This document shows positions 44,251-55,041 of a stretch of DNA of 64,000 nt, piece after piece. Each line of letters opens with the position of its first letter. The first letter of the stretch is position 1. A program made the translations under genes and the position numbers. The notes below the pieces were generated by a model that was given only the letters and a program-made list of their open reading frames with translations, did not search any database and was not told the DNA's origin. The DNA is from Gammaproteobacteria bacterium (GTDB lineage: Bacteria > Pseudomonadota > Gammaproteobacteria > Pseudomonadales > Moraxellaceae). The DNA lies in the NCBI GenBank assembly GCA_028868515.1, contig JAGWUI010000010.1, positions 29,860-93,859 on the forward strand, read 5' to 3'.

Positions 44251-44739
44251 TTAAAACGGTAGGTCATCATCTAAATCATTTGCTGAATAACTACTTTGTG
44301 CTGGCGCTGGGCTACTCGCTTGTGAACGTGCAGGCGCTTGGCTGGCTTGATAAGGCTCATAATCACCTTGGCTTTGACCGCCGCCTTGACCTTTGCTATC
44401 AAGCATCTGCATGGAATCACCACGGACTTCGGTGCTATAACGTTCTACACCTTCTTTGTCCGTCCACTTACGGGTGCGCAGGCTGCCTTCGATATAAACT
44501 TTACTGCCTTTCTTGAGGTATTGCTGGGCAATTTCGCCCAAACGGTTATTCAGAACGATACGATGCCATTCTGTTTCTTCTCGTGGTTCGCCAGTATTTT
44601 TATCTTTCCAGCTTTCACTGGTCGCAATGGAAAACTGTGTGACTGAACCACCATTTGGAAATGATTTTGTTTCAGGATCACGACCCAAAGTACCAACTAG
44701 AATTACTTTATTTACACCACGCATAGCGACTTTCCTCAT
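44251..44739 (-). CDS. ssb: Single-stranded DNA-binding protein
   Basis: 162 aa. OB-fold N-terminus ([18 protein letters not shown]...), Gly/Gln-rich linker, canonical acidic tail DDDLPF. Confidence 0.93.
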   Translation of the reverse strand: MRKVAMRGVNKVILVGTLGRDPETKSFPNGGSVTQFSIATSESWKDKNTGEPREETEWHRIVLNNRLGEIAQQYLKKGSKVYIEGSLRTRKWTDKEGVERYSTEVRGDSMQMLDSKGQGGGQSQGDYEPYQASQAPARSQASSPAPAQSSYSANDLDDDLPF

Positions 44740-44797
44740 TCGATAACTTAATTTTAAGTCCGAAGACTTTAAACCAGTTATCTACAAAAAGCACTCT

Positions 44798-46171
44798 CTA
44801 AATTTGAAAAGATTGTCCCAAAAGTGTTGATAATTGTGCGCGTGTTGGCACATCCATTTTTGTTTTATCAATTTTCAAATAAGCGACACGTTGTTCAAGC
44901 AAAACCACAACATCTTCAACACCATCAATATCTAATAAATTGACCACCCAATCATTCACGGTATGTGGCTGATCAGAATGATCTGGCAAACGGACTGCTA
45001 GACTTGATAAATATGGCGGCGAGATCAACTTTGCAGCAACGATCAACCAAACAATCGCGACACCCGCCAAAACCGCCCAACTCACTTGAGAATTGACATG
45101 GGTTAATAACTGCCCACCTAACACTCCGCCGAAAAACGCACCCAGAAACTGACTGGAGGCATTGACACCCATTGCCGTTGCTTTTGCAGCGACTGGTGCT
45201 CGCTTCGCCAGCCATGAAGGCAATAAAGCTTCAAGCGTATTAAAGGCAATAAAAAATAAACCTATACCGACGAGTAAACCGATTCGATTTTGGTCAAATA
45301 TCGTGAGTACAATTAATGACAGCGCAATCAACACCACGCCACTCACAAAAATACGGCGCATTCTGCGTTTAGCTTCCGCGACGATAATCGCAGGAATGGC
45401 AAGAATAAAACCAGCTAATAATAATGGTAAATAGACCCAACCATGTGCATGGACAGGAATATGGGCATACTCGACTAATTGACTCGGAATTAATACAAAA
45501 GCCGCAGTCATTAATAAATGCAAACTGAAAATCGAAAAATGCAGACGGTTTAAATCAGGAATATTTAAAATGGACTGTAATTGTTTTTTAATGCCAAGTG
45601 GATTCTGAGTTAATGCACGAATGGGGGTTGGCACAATCAGTAACAACCCGATTGCCAATACCCCAGCAATCGAAGTTAACCAAAATAGACCTGATAAACC
45701 GACTTTATGAGTCAATATCGGCCCTAAACTAAAGGCTACAATAAAAGATAACGCAATGCTCATGCCCATGGCTGCCATTGCTTTTCCGCGATGTTCTTCT
45801 CGTGTCACATCAGCAAGCAATGCCATGACAACAGCCGATACAGCACCACCCCCAGCAATAGCACGTCCTAAAATCACACCCCAAATCGAGGTTGACATTG
45901 CAGCAACTGCACCGCCAATTGCAAAAATCAATAACCCAATGACGATGAGTGGTTTTCGTGCAGTTCGATCCGCCAAAACACTGACTGGAATTTGTAAGAG
46001 CGCCTGCGATAAGCCATAAATACCAATCGCTAATCCAATGAGCGCAGGCGTTGCTCCTGTATACGCGCGTCCATAAATTGCAAAGACAGGCACAATCATA
46101 AACAAGCCCAACATGCGCAAGGCAAAAATACTACCCAGCGCAAATGTCGCACGTAACTCAGAGGAATTCAT
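44798..46171 (-). CDS. MFS transporter (12-TM)
   Basis: 457 aa, highly hydrophobic, MFS motif-A-like GRAIAGGGAVS. Confidence 0.7.
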   Translation of the reverse strand: MNSSELRATFALGSIFALRMLGLFMIVPVFAIYGRAYTGATPALIGLAIGIYGLSQALLQIPVSVLADRTARKPLIVIGLLIFAIGGAVAAMSTSIWGVILGRAIAGGGAVSAVVMALLADVTREEHRGKAMAAMGMSIALSFIVAFSLGPILTHKVGLSGLFWLTSIAGVLAIGLLLIVPTPIRALTQNPLGIKKQLQSILNIPDLNRLHFSIFSLHLLMTAAFVLIPSQLVEYAHIPVHAHGWVYLPLLLAGFILAIPAIIVAEAKRRMRRIFVSGVVLIALSLIVLTIFDQNRIGLLVGIGLFFIAFNTLEALLPSWLAKRAPVAAKATAMGVNASSQFLGAFFGGVLGGQLLTHVNSQVSWAVLAGVAIVWLIVAAKLISPPYLSSLAVRLPDHSDQPHTVNDWVVNLLDIDGVEDVVVLLEQRVAYLKIDKTKMDVPTRAQLSTLLGQSFQI

Positions 46172-46345
46172 ACAGTCCCAAAATCCAAAATAAAAGCATG
46201 AAAAATAGATGGCGCATTATACGCTGAATCGAATGCCTACAATCAGCTCTCTTTTTAGAAGATGATTCTGTGTAATGATTCCTCACATTGCCCTTGTTTT
46301 ATGACAAGGTTGCTTCATCTATAATTGGTGTTAAAGTCAAAAGCA

Positions 46346-46423
46346 AAATCCCTCCCAACCTCCCTTTGCAAAGGGAGGAGCTTTTATTCCCTCCTTAGAA
46401 AAAGGAGGGTTAGGGTGGATTTG
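46346..46423. repeat. Composite GC-rich palindromic element in the MFS/uvrA divergent promoter region
   Basis: Two adjacent perfect hairpins sharing the same arm (CCTCCCTTT-gc-AAAGGGAGG at 46359-46378; CCCTCCTT-agaaa-AAGGAGGG at 46389-46409). They are nested inside an imperfect outer inverted repeat (AAAATCCCTCCCAACC ... GGTTAGGGTGGATTT). Confidence 0.55.
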
Positions 46424-46479
46424 CTTTTTAGCAAACCCATGCGTTCCGCCACCACAAGTAAAGCGATGAGTAATCAATA

Positions 46480-49326
46480 ATGAGTCAAAGTTATATCCGT
46501 ATTCGTGGCGCACGCACACATAATCTAAAAAATATTTCTCTGGACATTCCGCGCGACAAATTTGTCGTGATTACAGGGCTTTCGGGTTCTGGGAAGTCGT
46601 CATTGGCATTCGACACACTATATGCCGAAGGTCAACGCCGCTATGTCGAAAGTCTTTCGGCATATGCGCGTCAGTTCCTGTCGCAAATGGATAAACCTGA
46701 AGTCGATAGTATCGAAGGGCTGTCGCCTGCGATTGCGATTGAACAGAAATCAACAAGCCATAATCCACGCTCAACGGTCGGTACGATCACTGAAATCTAC
46801 GATTATTTACGCTTGTTGTACGCGCGTGTTGGCACGCCGTATTGCCCTGAACATGACCTACCGATGGTCGCGCAAACCGTCAGTCAAATGGTTGACAGCG
46901 TCAAAGCCCTGCCAGAAGGCACTGCGCTGATGCTGATGGCGCCTGTCGTCCGTGATCGCAAAGGCGAACATGCGCTGCTGTTTGAACAACTACGTGCGCA
47001 GGGTTTTGTTCGTGCGCGTGTCGATGGCGTATTGGTTGATCTGGATGACGTCACTGATTTAGACAAAAAGAAAAAACACACCATTGAGGTCGTCATTGAT
47101 CGCTTCAAAGTGCGTGACGATTTAGGCAACCGTTTGGCGGAGTCCTTTGAAACCACCTTACGTTTAGGCGATGGATTGGCATTACTGAGTTGGATGGATA
47201 GCAATGAAGATGGTAACAAGCATCCAGATCAGACCTTTTCATCACGTCATAGTTGCCCAACCTGTGATCGTGCGGTTGGCGATTTAGAACCACGTTTATT
47301 CTCGTTTAACAATCCTGTGGGTGCGTGTACGGTGTGTGATGGTTTGGGACATCGCAGTCATTTCACGGCTGAGAAACTCATTCACAATCATGAATTATCT
47401 CTGAATCAAGGCGCAATTCGTGGCTGGGATAAGCAGCGTCCGTATTATTTTAGAATGCTCACCACCGTCGCCGAACATTATCAGATAGATATGGATTCGT
47501 CATGGCAAGCACTGAATGACGCGCAGCAAAGCATCATCTTGCAGGGTTCAGGACGCGACAAAATTGATTTCCATTACACTGATGAGCGCGGTCGTAGCCA
47601 GAAACGCACGATGGTTTTTGAAGGTGTACTTCCTTATTTAGAGCGCCGTTATAAAGAAACCGAAAGTAATCTGGTTCGCGACGAATTGGCACAATATTTA
47701 TCGAATGCGCCATGTGATGTGTGCAATGGTTCACGCCTAAATGAAATCGCTCGCCATGTCAAAGTCGCTGATGTTGCACTGCCTGAAATCGTACAAAAGT
47801 CGATTGGCGCAGCAGCTCAGTATTATCAAGACTTACAGCTTTCAGGCGCGAAAGGCGAAATCGCCGACAAGATTTTTAAAGAAATTCGCGAGCGCTTACA
47901 ATTCCTAGTTAGCGTGGGTTTGAATTATTTAACATTGGCGCGTTCTGCGGATACCTTGTCTGGTGGTGAAGCCCAGCGGATTCGCCTCGCCTCGCAAATT
48001 GGCGCAGGACTGATGGGCGTCATGTATGTGCTGGATGAGCCGTCGATTGGTTTGCATCAACGCGATAATGAACGTCTGCTCGGCACACTGGTTCGTCTCC
48101 GTGATCTGGGGAATACCGTCCTCGTCGTTGAACACGACGAAGATGCCATTCGGGCTGCGGATCATGTGATTGATATTGGGCCAGGTGCAGGTGTGCATGG
48201 TGGAGAGATTATTGCCGAAGGCACGATGGCAGATATTATTGCCCAACCTGACTCATTAACAGGTCAATACCTCTCAGGAAGCAAGAAAATTGAAGTACCG
48301 AAAAAGCGTCATCAACCTAATCCTGAAAAACAACTCACGCTTACGGGCGCAGTTGGACATAACCTGCAAAATGTCACGCTGAAACTACCGATTGGTCTAA
48401 TGACCTGCGTGACGGGCGTTTCAGGTTCAGGAAAATCGACACTTATCAACCGCACACTGTTGCCACTTGCCTCAACACAATTAAATGGCGCAACGACACT
48501 GACTGCGGAAAAACACGAGTCGATGGATGGGTTGCAATATCTTGATAAAGTTGTGGATATTGATCAAAGCCCGATTGGACGCACACCGCGCAGTAATCCA
48601 GCGACCTATACAGGTCTGTTTACACCAATTCGTGAGTTGCTTGCACAGACTCCAGAAGCTAAAGCGCGTGGTTATACGCCCGGACGTTTCTCGTTTAATG
48701 TCAAAGGCGGTCGCTGTGAAGCCTGTGAAGGCGATGGCGTCCTGAAAGTGGCAATGCACTTCTTGCCTGATATGTATGTGCCGTGTGATGTCTGTCATAC
48801 CAAACGCTATAACCGCGAAACGCTCGAAGTGTCTTATAAAGGCAAAAATATCAGCGATATCCTCGACATGACCGTCGAAGATGCGCATGAATTCTTTTCT
48901 GCCATTCCTGTGATCGCACGTAAGCTAGAAACGTTGATTCAGGTTGGTCTCGGGTATATTCGCTTAGGTCAAGCTGCAACCACATTATCTGGTGGTGAAG
49001 CGCAGCGCGTGAAACTAGCGAAAGAATTGGCAAAACGCGATACAGGTCAAACGTTGTACATACTGGATGAGCCAACGACTGGTTTGCATTTCCATGATAT
49101 TGCCAAGCTGCTCGAAATCCTCCATCACCTGCGCGATAAGGGCAATACGATTGTCGTGATTGAACATAATCTCGATGTGGTGAAAACGGCGGACTGGATT
49201 GTCGATTTAGGCCCTGAAGGCGGTTCAGGTGGCGGTCAGATTGTTGCTGAAGGGACGCCTGAAGATGTCGTAAAAGTCAAAGGATCATTCACAGGGCAGT
49301 TTTTGAAGCCGTTGTTGAAAGGTTAG
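46480..49326 (+). CDS. uvrA: Excinuclease ABC subunit A
   Basis: 948 aa. Two ABC ATPase modules ([20 protein letters not shown]) and zinc-finger Cys clusters. Confidence 0.97.
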   Translation: MSQSYIRIRGARTHNLKNISLDIPRDKFVVITGLSGSGKSSLAFDTLYAEGQRRYVESLSAYARQFLSQMDKPEVDSIEGLSPAIAIEQKSTSHNPRSTVGTITEIYDYLRLLYARVGTPYCPEHDLPMVAQTVSQMVDSVKALPEGTALMLMAPVVRDRKGEHALLFEQLRAQGFVRARVDGVLVDLDDVTDLDKKKKHTIEVVIDRFKVRDDLGNRLAESFETTLRLGDGLALLSWMDSNEDGNKHPDQTFSSRHSCPTCDRAVGDLEPRLFSFNNPVGACTVCDGLGHRSHFTAEKLIHNHELSLNQGAIRGWDKQRPYYFRMLTTVAEHYQIDMDSSWQALNDAQQSIILQGSGRDKIDFHYTDERGRSQKRTMVFEGVLPYLERRYKETESNLVRDELAQYLSNAPCDVCNGSRLNEIARHVKVADVALPEIVQKSIGAAAQYYQDLQLSGAKGEIADKIFKEIRERLQFLVSVGLNYLTLARSADTLSGGEAQRIRLASQIGAGLMGVMYVLDEPSIGLHQRDNERLLGTLVRLRDLGNTVLVVEHDEDAIRAADHVIDIGPGAGVHGGEIIAEGTMADIIAQPDSLTGQYLSGSKKIEVPKKRHQPNPEKQLTLTGAVGHNLQNVTLKLPIGLMTCVTGVSGSGKSTLINRTLLPLASTQLNGATTLTAEKHESMDGLQYLDKVVDIDQSPIGRTPRSNPATYTGLFTPIRELLAQTPEAKARGYTPGRFSFNVKGGRCEACEGDGVLKVAMHFLPDMYVPCDVCHTKRYNRETLEVSYKGKNISDILDMTVEDAHEFFSAIPVIARKLETLIQVGLGYIRLGQAATTLSGGEAQRVKLAKELAKRDTGQTLYILDEPTTGLHFHDIAKLLEILHHLRDKGNTIVVIEHNLDVVKTADWIVDLGPEGGSGGGQIVAEGTPEDVVKVKGSFTGQFLKPLLKG

Positions 49327-49353
49327 ACTGGAAATATAAAGCATAGGAATAGC

Positions 49354-50205
49354 ATGAAGACACTTGCCTTTATCCATCGCAATGACACGCGCTTTGCTGT
49401 GGGTGACTTTTCGCCTGTGTTGTCGGTTTTTTCGCATTATGAACTGGGGAATACCATTTCTCCATTTCTGCTTTTAGATCATATTGGGCCTGGACATCTA
49501 GCTCCCCTATCAACAAAAAAAGGTGTGGATGAACACCCGCATCGTGGTTTTGAAACGGTCACTATTGTGTACAAGGGTGAAGTTGAACACAAAGATTCAA
49601 AAGGTGGTGGAGGCATCATTCGGGGCGGTGACGTGCAATGGATGACGGCTGCTGCGGGCATTACCCATCGAGAATTTTTCAGTGAGGAGTTTCGCAAGCA
49701 AGGCGGTGATTTTGAAATGATCCAACTCTGGGTCAATCTTCCAGCTCGCGATAAGTTAAGTGCACCGCATTATCAGAGTCTAACCAGTGAGCAAATTCCT
49801 GTCGTTGAATTGCCTGATGACATGGGATCGGTCCGTGTTATCGCTGGGCAATTTGATGGAGAATCTGGACCCGCCAAAACCCATACACGCATCAATATCC
49901 TTGATGTGCGTATGAAAGCAGGTCAAAGCACCGTTTTCCCAACGGAAGCTGGAGATACCGCAATCGTTTATCTGCTGTCTGGTCAGCTCCAGTTTGACAC
50001 TGAAAACATGGACGCAGCTGGCATGGCAGTGATGGGCAACCAAAACGCCGATATCGAAGTAAAGACACTTGCAGATAGTCGCTTTCTGGTACTCAGCGGT
50101 GAACCGATTAACGAGCCTTTTTTTGGTCGTGGACCGTTTATTATGAATACGTTTGAGGAGATTTTAGAGGCTTTTGAAGACTTTAAGAATGGGAAGTTGG
50201 GTTAG
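49354..50205 (+). CDS. Pirin-family (bicupin) protein
   Basis: 283 aa. HPHRGFETVTIVYKGEVEH cupin metal-binding motif. Confidence 0.8.
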   Translation: MKTLAFIHRNDTRFAVGDFSPVLSVFSHYELGNTISPFLLLDHIGPGHLAPLSTKKGVDEHPHRGFETVTIVYKGEVEHKDSKGGGGIIRGGDVQWMTAAAGITHREFFSEEFRKQGGDFEMIQLWVNLPARDKLSAPHYQSLTSEQIPVVELPDDMGSVRVIAGQFDGESGPAKTHTRINILDVRMKAGQSTVFPTEAGDTAIVYLLSGQLQFDTENMDAAGMAVMGNQNADIEVKTLADSRFLVLSGEPINEPFFGRGPFIMNTFEEILEAFEDFKNGKLG

Positions 50206-50488
50206 TTCATACTACTTTAATGACATAAAAGAATCTTGATCAATTGAAGCACTCAGATGAATCTCGATTCTTTAAAAAAACTATTAAAAATAACTTACTT
50301 ATATGAGAAGTGAATATAAAAACTGTCTCATAAAACTCCATCTAAAATCATTATTTTCATGTATCGAGCATCATACTCACGACGAACTGTCATCATCCAA
50401 TATTGACTTTCAAAGTGCCTCCGATCACTCTACAAGCATGCACACGCGCTTAATAAAAATGAAGAGTGTGCAAATGGAGCAACCAAAC

Positions 50489-52303
50489 ATGACGATGAGT
50501 GTCACCGCACTGGATAATCCAATTCACATCGCGACTGCGCTTGCTAAGGTCTCTATTTTTTCTAAATTACCCTTTGAAGCACTACAACAGCTGGCTCAAT
50601 CTGCAACACCACTCCAACTCAGCACAGGAGATATGCTCTATCAAAAAGGCGATCCGTGCTTGTTTGTCTATATTGTTTGGTATGGTCGTTTACGGGTTAG
50701 TCTGAATGATCGCACCGTAGGCTATGTCAATCGCTATCAACCCATCGGAGAAATGGCGGTCATCAATGGCGAGCCAAGAAACACCAACGTACACGCGGTT
50801 CGCGACTCATTATTACTCGTTTTCACGGCACAAACTTTCCTTGATTTTGTACAAACCAACGCGGTTTCACTACTCGATTTAACCCGATTAGTCATCAATC
50901 GTGGACGCAATGCATACAACCAAAATCTACAGAATAAGCAAACGGAAGTCGGTGGCACATTAGCCGTCATTCCAGCATCGTCAGGGGTTTCTGCAATCCA
51001 ACTTGCAGAAGCCTTAGTCGAGCATTTACGTGGCTGGCCGACAACCAGATTGATTACCGCCGCACATGTCGATGCAATTTTTGGCAAAAACTTTGCCCAG
51101 ACACCACTGGATAAAAGCCCCGAAGACCTGCAATTACGCGCATGGCTTGCCTCGCTTGAGGAACGACATAATTATGTGCTGTACGCCGCAGACAATGACA
51201 GCGCTCCATGGTCGTTACGCTGCCTGCATCAAGCAGATCGTATTCTTATTTTGGCAGAAGCCACGCGTTTACCTGAAAATGTTCCTGTACTCGATGCTTT
51301 GCATAGCAATGGATTGATCGTTCCGATCGAATTGGTTTTATTACGATCCGAAGGGGATCCATCACCACACACTTTAGCTTGGCGCGAAGAAACTCGCGCG
51401 CGCGCGCATTATTTCGTCCATCCTTGGGCGCATTCGGATATTAGTGCACTCGCCAGACAAATCTCAGGCAAAGGTGTTGGATTAGTTTTAGGCGGTGGTG
51501 GTGCACGTGGATTTGCCCATATCGGACTCATTCGTGCGTTAGAACAATTGCAAATCCCGATTGATATTGTTGGTGGAACCAGTATGGGGGCATTTGTGGC
51601 TGCACTTGTCGCGTGTGGGTTTGACAGTGTAGAAATGAGTCATATAGCCCATGAGACTTTTGTTGCACGGAATTATCTCAATGACTATACCGTTCCAAAA
51701 GTCTCTCTGATTCGTGGTGCACGCTTTCATACGCGTCTAAGATCGGTATTTGGCACTCGGCGTATTGAGGAGTTGCGGCGGACGTTTTATTGCATTTCGA
51801 CGAACCTGACGACAGGCAATCCGATGATTCATGATCGAGGTACACTGGCAACTTGGGTGGGAACCAGCATGAGTGTTCCGGGAGTTGTTCCGCCTGTGGC
51901 TTGGCATGGGGATTTGTTGTGTGATGGTGGCGTGGTCAACAATCTACCGACAGACGTGATGCATGCACTCGAGCGCGGTATTATTATCGCGAGCAATGTC
52001 AGTATGAATGGTGACATCGGCGCACCGGGTGCAGGTGAGGAAGAACCTGATCAAATGGCTCTTATCAACTGGAAAGGCACCAAGCGCGCACCGAATCTAT
52101 CTGAAATTCTCATGCGCACCGCAACACTTGCCAGTGACACCACGATCCAACTGACCTCGATTTCTAATGCAGATGTTTATTTGCGTATGCCGATTCAGGA
52201 TATCGGGATGTTTGACTGGCATAGGTTAGATGAATTAATTGAACGCGGTTATCAATATGGACTTGAGGTATTGACACCGTTACGGGATACGCTGCCGCGT
52301 TAA
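50489..52303 (+). CDS. Cyclic-nucleotide-binding domain + patatin-like phospholipase (NTE-like); start uncertain (track ORF from 50303; GGAG-ATG at 50489 preferred)
   Basis: N-terminal CAP-type cNMP-binding domain (FSKLPFEALQQLAQSATPLQLSTGDMLYQKGDP...GEMAV). C-terminal patatin: GGGARG oxyanion hole, GTSMG nucleophile elbow, DGG catalytic Asp. Confidence 0.75.
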   Translation: MTMSVTALDNPIHIATALAKVSIFSKLPFEALQQLAQSATPLQLSTGDMLYQKGDPCLFVYIVWYGRLRVSLNDRTVGYVNRYQPIGEMAVINGEPRNTNVHAVRDSLLLVFTAQTFLDFVQTNAVSLLDLTRLVINRGRNAYNQNLQNKQTEVGGTLAVIPASSGVSAIQLAEALVEHLRGWPTTRLITAAHVDAIFGKNFAQTPLDKSPEDLQLRAWLASLEERHNYVLYAADNDSAPWSLRCLHQADRILILAEATRLPENVPVLDALHSNGLIVPIELVLLRSEGDPSPHTLAWREETRARAHYFVHPWAHSDISALARQISGKGVGLVLGGGGARGFAHIGLIRALEQLQIPIDIVGGTSMGAFVAALVACGFDSVEMSHIAHETFVARNYLNDYTVPKVSLIRGARFHTRLRSVFGTRRIEELRRTFYCISTNLTTGNPMIHDRGTLATWVGTSMSVPGVVPPVAWHGDLLCDGGVVNNLPTDVMHALERGIIIASNVSMNGDIGAPGAGEEEPDQMALINWKGTKRAPNLSEILMRTATLASDTTIQLTSISNADVYLRMPIQDIGMFDWHRLDELIERGYQYGLEVLTPLRDTLPR

Positions 52304-52387
52304 GGAAGTTGTAGCTAAAGAAAATAGGATGCACACTGTGCACCCTATTTTACTACCTTTTCTAAAAACTATACTTTTCAGATCAGA

Positions 52388-53020
52388 TTACGAAGTCTTT
52401 GCCAGAGTAATCAATTTGGTTGTGTTATCCGTAGGATTGTTGGATGAATTGATTAGAAGTTTTCCACCAGCAACAACTGTAAAATTAACGGTCTGAGAAC
52501 CGATAGTAAGAGCTACATTATTTCCAGAATAACTCCAAGTGAACGTATTCGAACCTGCACTAGCATGCACAGCTGCCGTACCCTGTACAGAACCCTGACC
52601 TATACTGGTATTTCCACCAGAGATAGTGAGATTAGTTCCCGTTTCATTGATACCAGTCATCGTCCCAGTTCCATCAGAATTCAATGTTACTGTACCTCCT
52701 GAAGTATAGCTATCCACTTCAGCGTAACCTCCAGACCCCGTTTGACCATGAAGTTCATTCTGAAGGTAATTCATACTATAAGTACCGACCAAATCAGTAG
52801 AAGTAAGCGCTACACTTCCATTAAGCTTACCCACAGTCGTTTGTAAATTACTGATAGCTGTTGCGAGAGACTGAAAGTTAGTATTGACCTGATCAGCAAC
52901 GATTGGGGTACCTGCGGAAAAAGTGTATGGAATCAATCCACTTGTCGTACAATATCCCAACGTTGCACCAAATAAACATCCAGTAATCGTGCCTATCATT
53001 ATTTTCTTATTCATGATCAT
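52388..53020 (-). CDS. Secreted Thr/Gly/Ser-rich hypothetical protein
   Basis: 210 aa. N-terminal signal-like hydrophobic segment, then low-complexity T/G/S/N-rich sequence. No recognisable domain. Confidence 0.5.
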   Translation of the reverse strand: MIMNKKIMIGTITGCLFGATLGYCTTSGLIPYTFSAGTPIVADQVNTNFQSLATAISNLQTTVGKLNGSVALTSTDLVGTYSMNYLQNELHGQTGSGGYAEVDSYTSGGTVTLNSDGTGTMTGINETGTNLTISGGNTSIGQGSVQGTAAVHASAGSNTFTWSYSGNNVALTIGSQTVNFTVVAGGKLLINSSNNPTDNTTKLITLAKTS

Positions 53021-53053
53021 TTATCCTTTTGTTCTTTAAAATTTTATAAAATA

Positions 53054-53221
53054 TCATTGCCAAACGGCATTGTCCCACGTCACACTACCCCAAGTCCCTG
53101 CTTGAGTATTCGTGCTTGCAGCTCCTCCGCTATTACCATTCTGACTACTGTCACCACCGCCACACGCTGTGAGCAATCCAACCAACATGCAGCAAAAGCA
53201 GACTCTATAAATAGTTTTCAT
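53054..53221 (-). CDS. Small lipoprotein (55 aa; below the ORF-track size cutoff)
   Basis: Minus-strand ATG at 53221 preceded by an AGGAG RBS. MKTIYRVCFCCMLVGLLTACGGG has a lipobox LTAC, followed by a short Gly/Ser-rich mature peptide ending ...VTWDNAVWQ. Confidence 0.5.
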   Translation of the reverse strand: MKTIYRVCFCCMLVGLLTACGGGDSSQNGNSGGAASTNTQAGTWGSVTWDNAVWQ

Positions 53222-53484
53222 CACTCCTCCTAATTTTGATTTTTCTTCTATGTGTGTTATTTAAAACTTAATGATTTTTCTTTGTGAACCACCCTCGCTC
53301 GAGGGATATTTTGATCATAATATAACCATTTTTTAATTGCTATATTTTTATTAATAGACAATCTTCCAAGCTAGTGTAGATACAAGGGTGGAGCTAGCGC
53401 CAGCTTTTTGAGAATATTAAGAAAAGTGCTGAGTTAAATTTCTATTTACCACTATTCAATAAATATCAATCAATTAGTTAAAAA

Positions 53485-53823
53485 TTAACAACCAACTATT
53501 TTGACCGAAACAATATTTAGAATTAATAAAATCATTAAGACCAAATTAAAGAAACCTCTTCGAAATAAGGTATTCCCTATTTCCAAAAGAAACGGATCAT
53601 CAAACTTACGATAATATCGTCTCCAAAGTTTTGCGGTATGTTCAATCTCAAACCAATTCATTCCACCTTCTGGTGCTGTTAATGAATGACGCTCATCCTC
53701 CCTACCTTCCAACTTTGCTATCCGGGTACAATATTTACTAAATAATATGCTATCTCTTATAAGGCAAATGGCCAAAACGAAAGCAATTAGAGCTATTAAA
53801 ATAAATCTCTGATGACATGTCAT
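53485..53823 (-). CDS. Small membrane hypothetical protein
   Basis: 112 aa with two predicted TM helices. AT-rich; no homolog recognised. Confidence 0.4.
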   Translation of the reverse strand: MTCHQRFILIALIAFVLAICLIRDSILFSKYCTRIAKLEGREDERHSLTAPEGGMNWFEIEHTAKLWRRYYRKFDDPFLLEIGNTLFRRGFFNLVLMILLILNIVSVKIVGC

Positions 53824-53853
53824 ATTTTGAACTCTATGAAGTTATTACCCCAC

Positions 53854-55041
53854 TCACGCTGACCGATTCACCTTATCAATAATCCCATAAAACACAAGAT
53901 CCCCATGAATCTGTGCCGCCGTTTCTGGATCTAAGACATTGGTATACTTCTCAAGAATCTGCACACAACGCAAATGCCAATCCACAGGCAACCGCCGAAC
54001 CACATCCAAAGCAACACTCCACTGTGAACGCAGCAACGCCGCATACGCAATATGCTCAAGCACCTCATCGGGAAAAACCGTAATCGCCTGAGCCACCACA
54101 TTTCGACCTGCATCATCCATATGAGAAGCCAACGTCAACATATCCTTCCACAACTCACCACGATTTGCAGCATCCAAAATATGCTGCATCACCACAGCAT
54201 CTTGTATAGAAGGATGATTCACTACTTGGCGCTGTACTTCAGGCGATAAACACGCCACAACAGGCAAAATATCCTCCCACAACCCATCCTCCTCGGCAGC
54301 TCGAATCAACCCTTCAAGCACTTCATCGCCCTGACTTGCGGCAAGATCTCCCAACTGTCGCTTCATGGTATCGCTGACATTCACCACCAGAGACAACAGC
54401 TTAGGCCATAGCAAACGCCGACTTGGATCACTCACGATCATCATGGCACGTTGGATACGTTCAAACGGCAACAGATGAATAATATGATCAATCCTCGCCC
54501 GTGAATCGACATGAAAGATAATCTCAAGCAAATCACCTTCGTCTTCAATTGATGCCGCCACATCACGAATCACCTGATCTGGTAGCAAGCCAACAAATCG
54601 CCCCATGGTCATAAAGTCACGACGCTGGAGTAAAACACTGGCTATTGCTTCTACTTGCGTCGATGACAATAACCGAATCAACTCACGCGTCATCCGCGGA
54701 TCAAGTCCTTTGGCAATATCTGCCATAAATTCAGTCGGCACATGCTGAGCAATTGAAGCAGCGCGCCATGCAGGAAGCGCACTCGCAATTCGGGTTGCCA
54801 GCACCAACCCCAACCAAAAACGCACCATCAAGACTGAAACCCAAATCGGAATCCAGCGCACCCATGCGGCAAACCATCGAAATAAAAGTTGTTGCTGGTC
54901 AAAGACGCGATCCGTCATCGCCATTCTGAAATGACGCAATGCCTGAGGAGGAACTTCCGCCAAAAACTTAATTTGTTCAATCGGTACTTCCATCGCAGCA
55001 GCGAGTTTCATCAACTCTGCCTGATTTGCTAATCGGCTCAT
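53854..55041 (-). CDS. Hypothetical membrane-anchored helical-repeat protein
   Basis: 395 aa. One TM segment (~res 50-85), then a long Leu/Ala/Arg-rich helical domain. Noticeably more GC-rich than the flanking DNA. Translationally coupled (ATGA) to the upstream 98-aa ORF. Confidence 0.5.
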   Translation of the reverse strand: MSRLANQAELMKLAAAMEVPIEQIKFLAEVPPQALRHFRMAMTDRVFDQQQLLFRWFAAWVRWIPIWVSVLMVRFWLGLVLATRIASALPAWRAASIAQHVPTEFMADIAKGLDPRMTRELIRLLSSTQVEAIASVLLQRRDFMTMGRFVGLLPDQVIRDVAASIEDEGDLLEIIFHVDSRARIDHIIHLLPFERIQRAMMIVSDPSRRLLWPKLLSLVVNVSDTMKRQLGDLAASQGDEVLEGLIRAAEEDGLWEDILPVVACLSPEVQRQVVNHPSIQDAVVMQHILDAANRGELWKDMLTLASHMDDAGRNVVAQAITVFPDEVLEHIAYAALLRSQWSVALDVVRRLPVDWHLRCVQILEKYTNVLDPETAAQIHGDLVFYGIIDKVNRSA

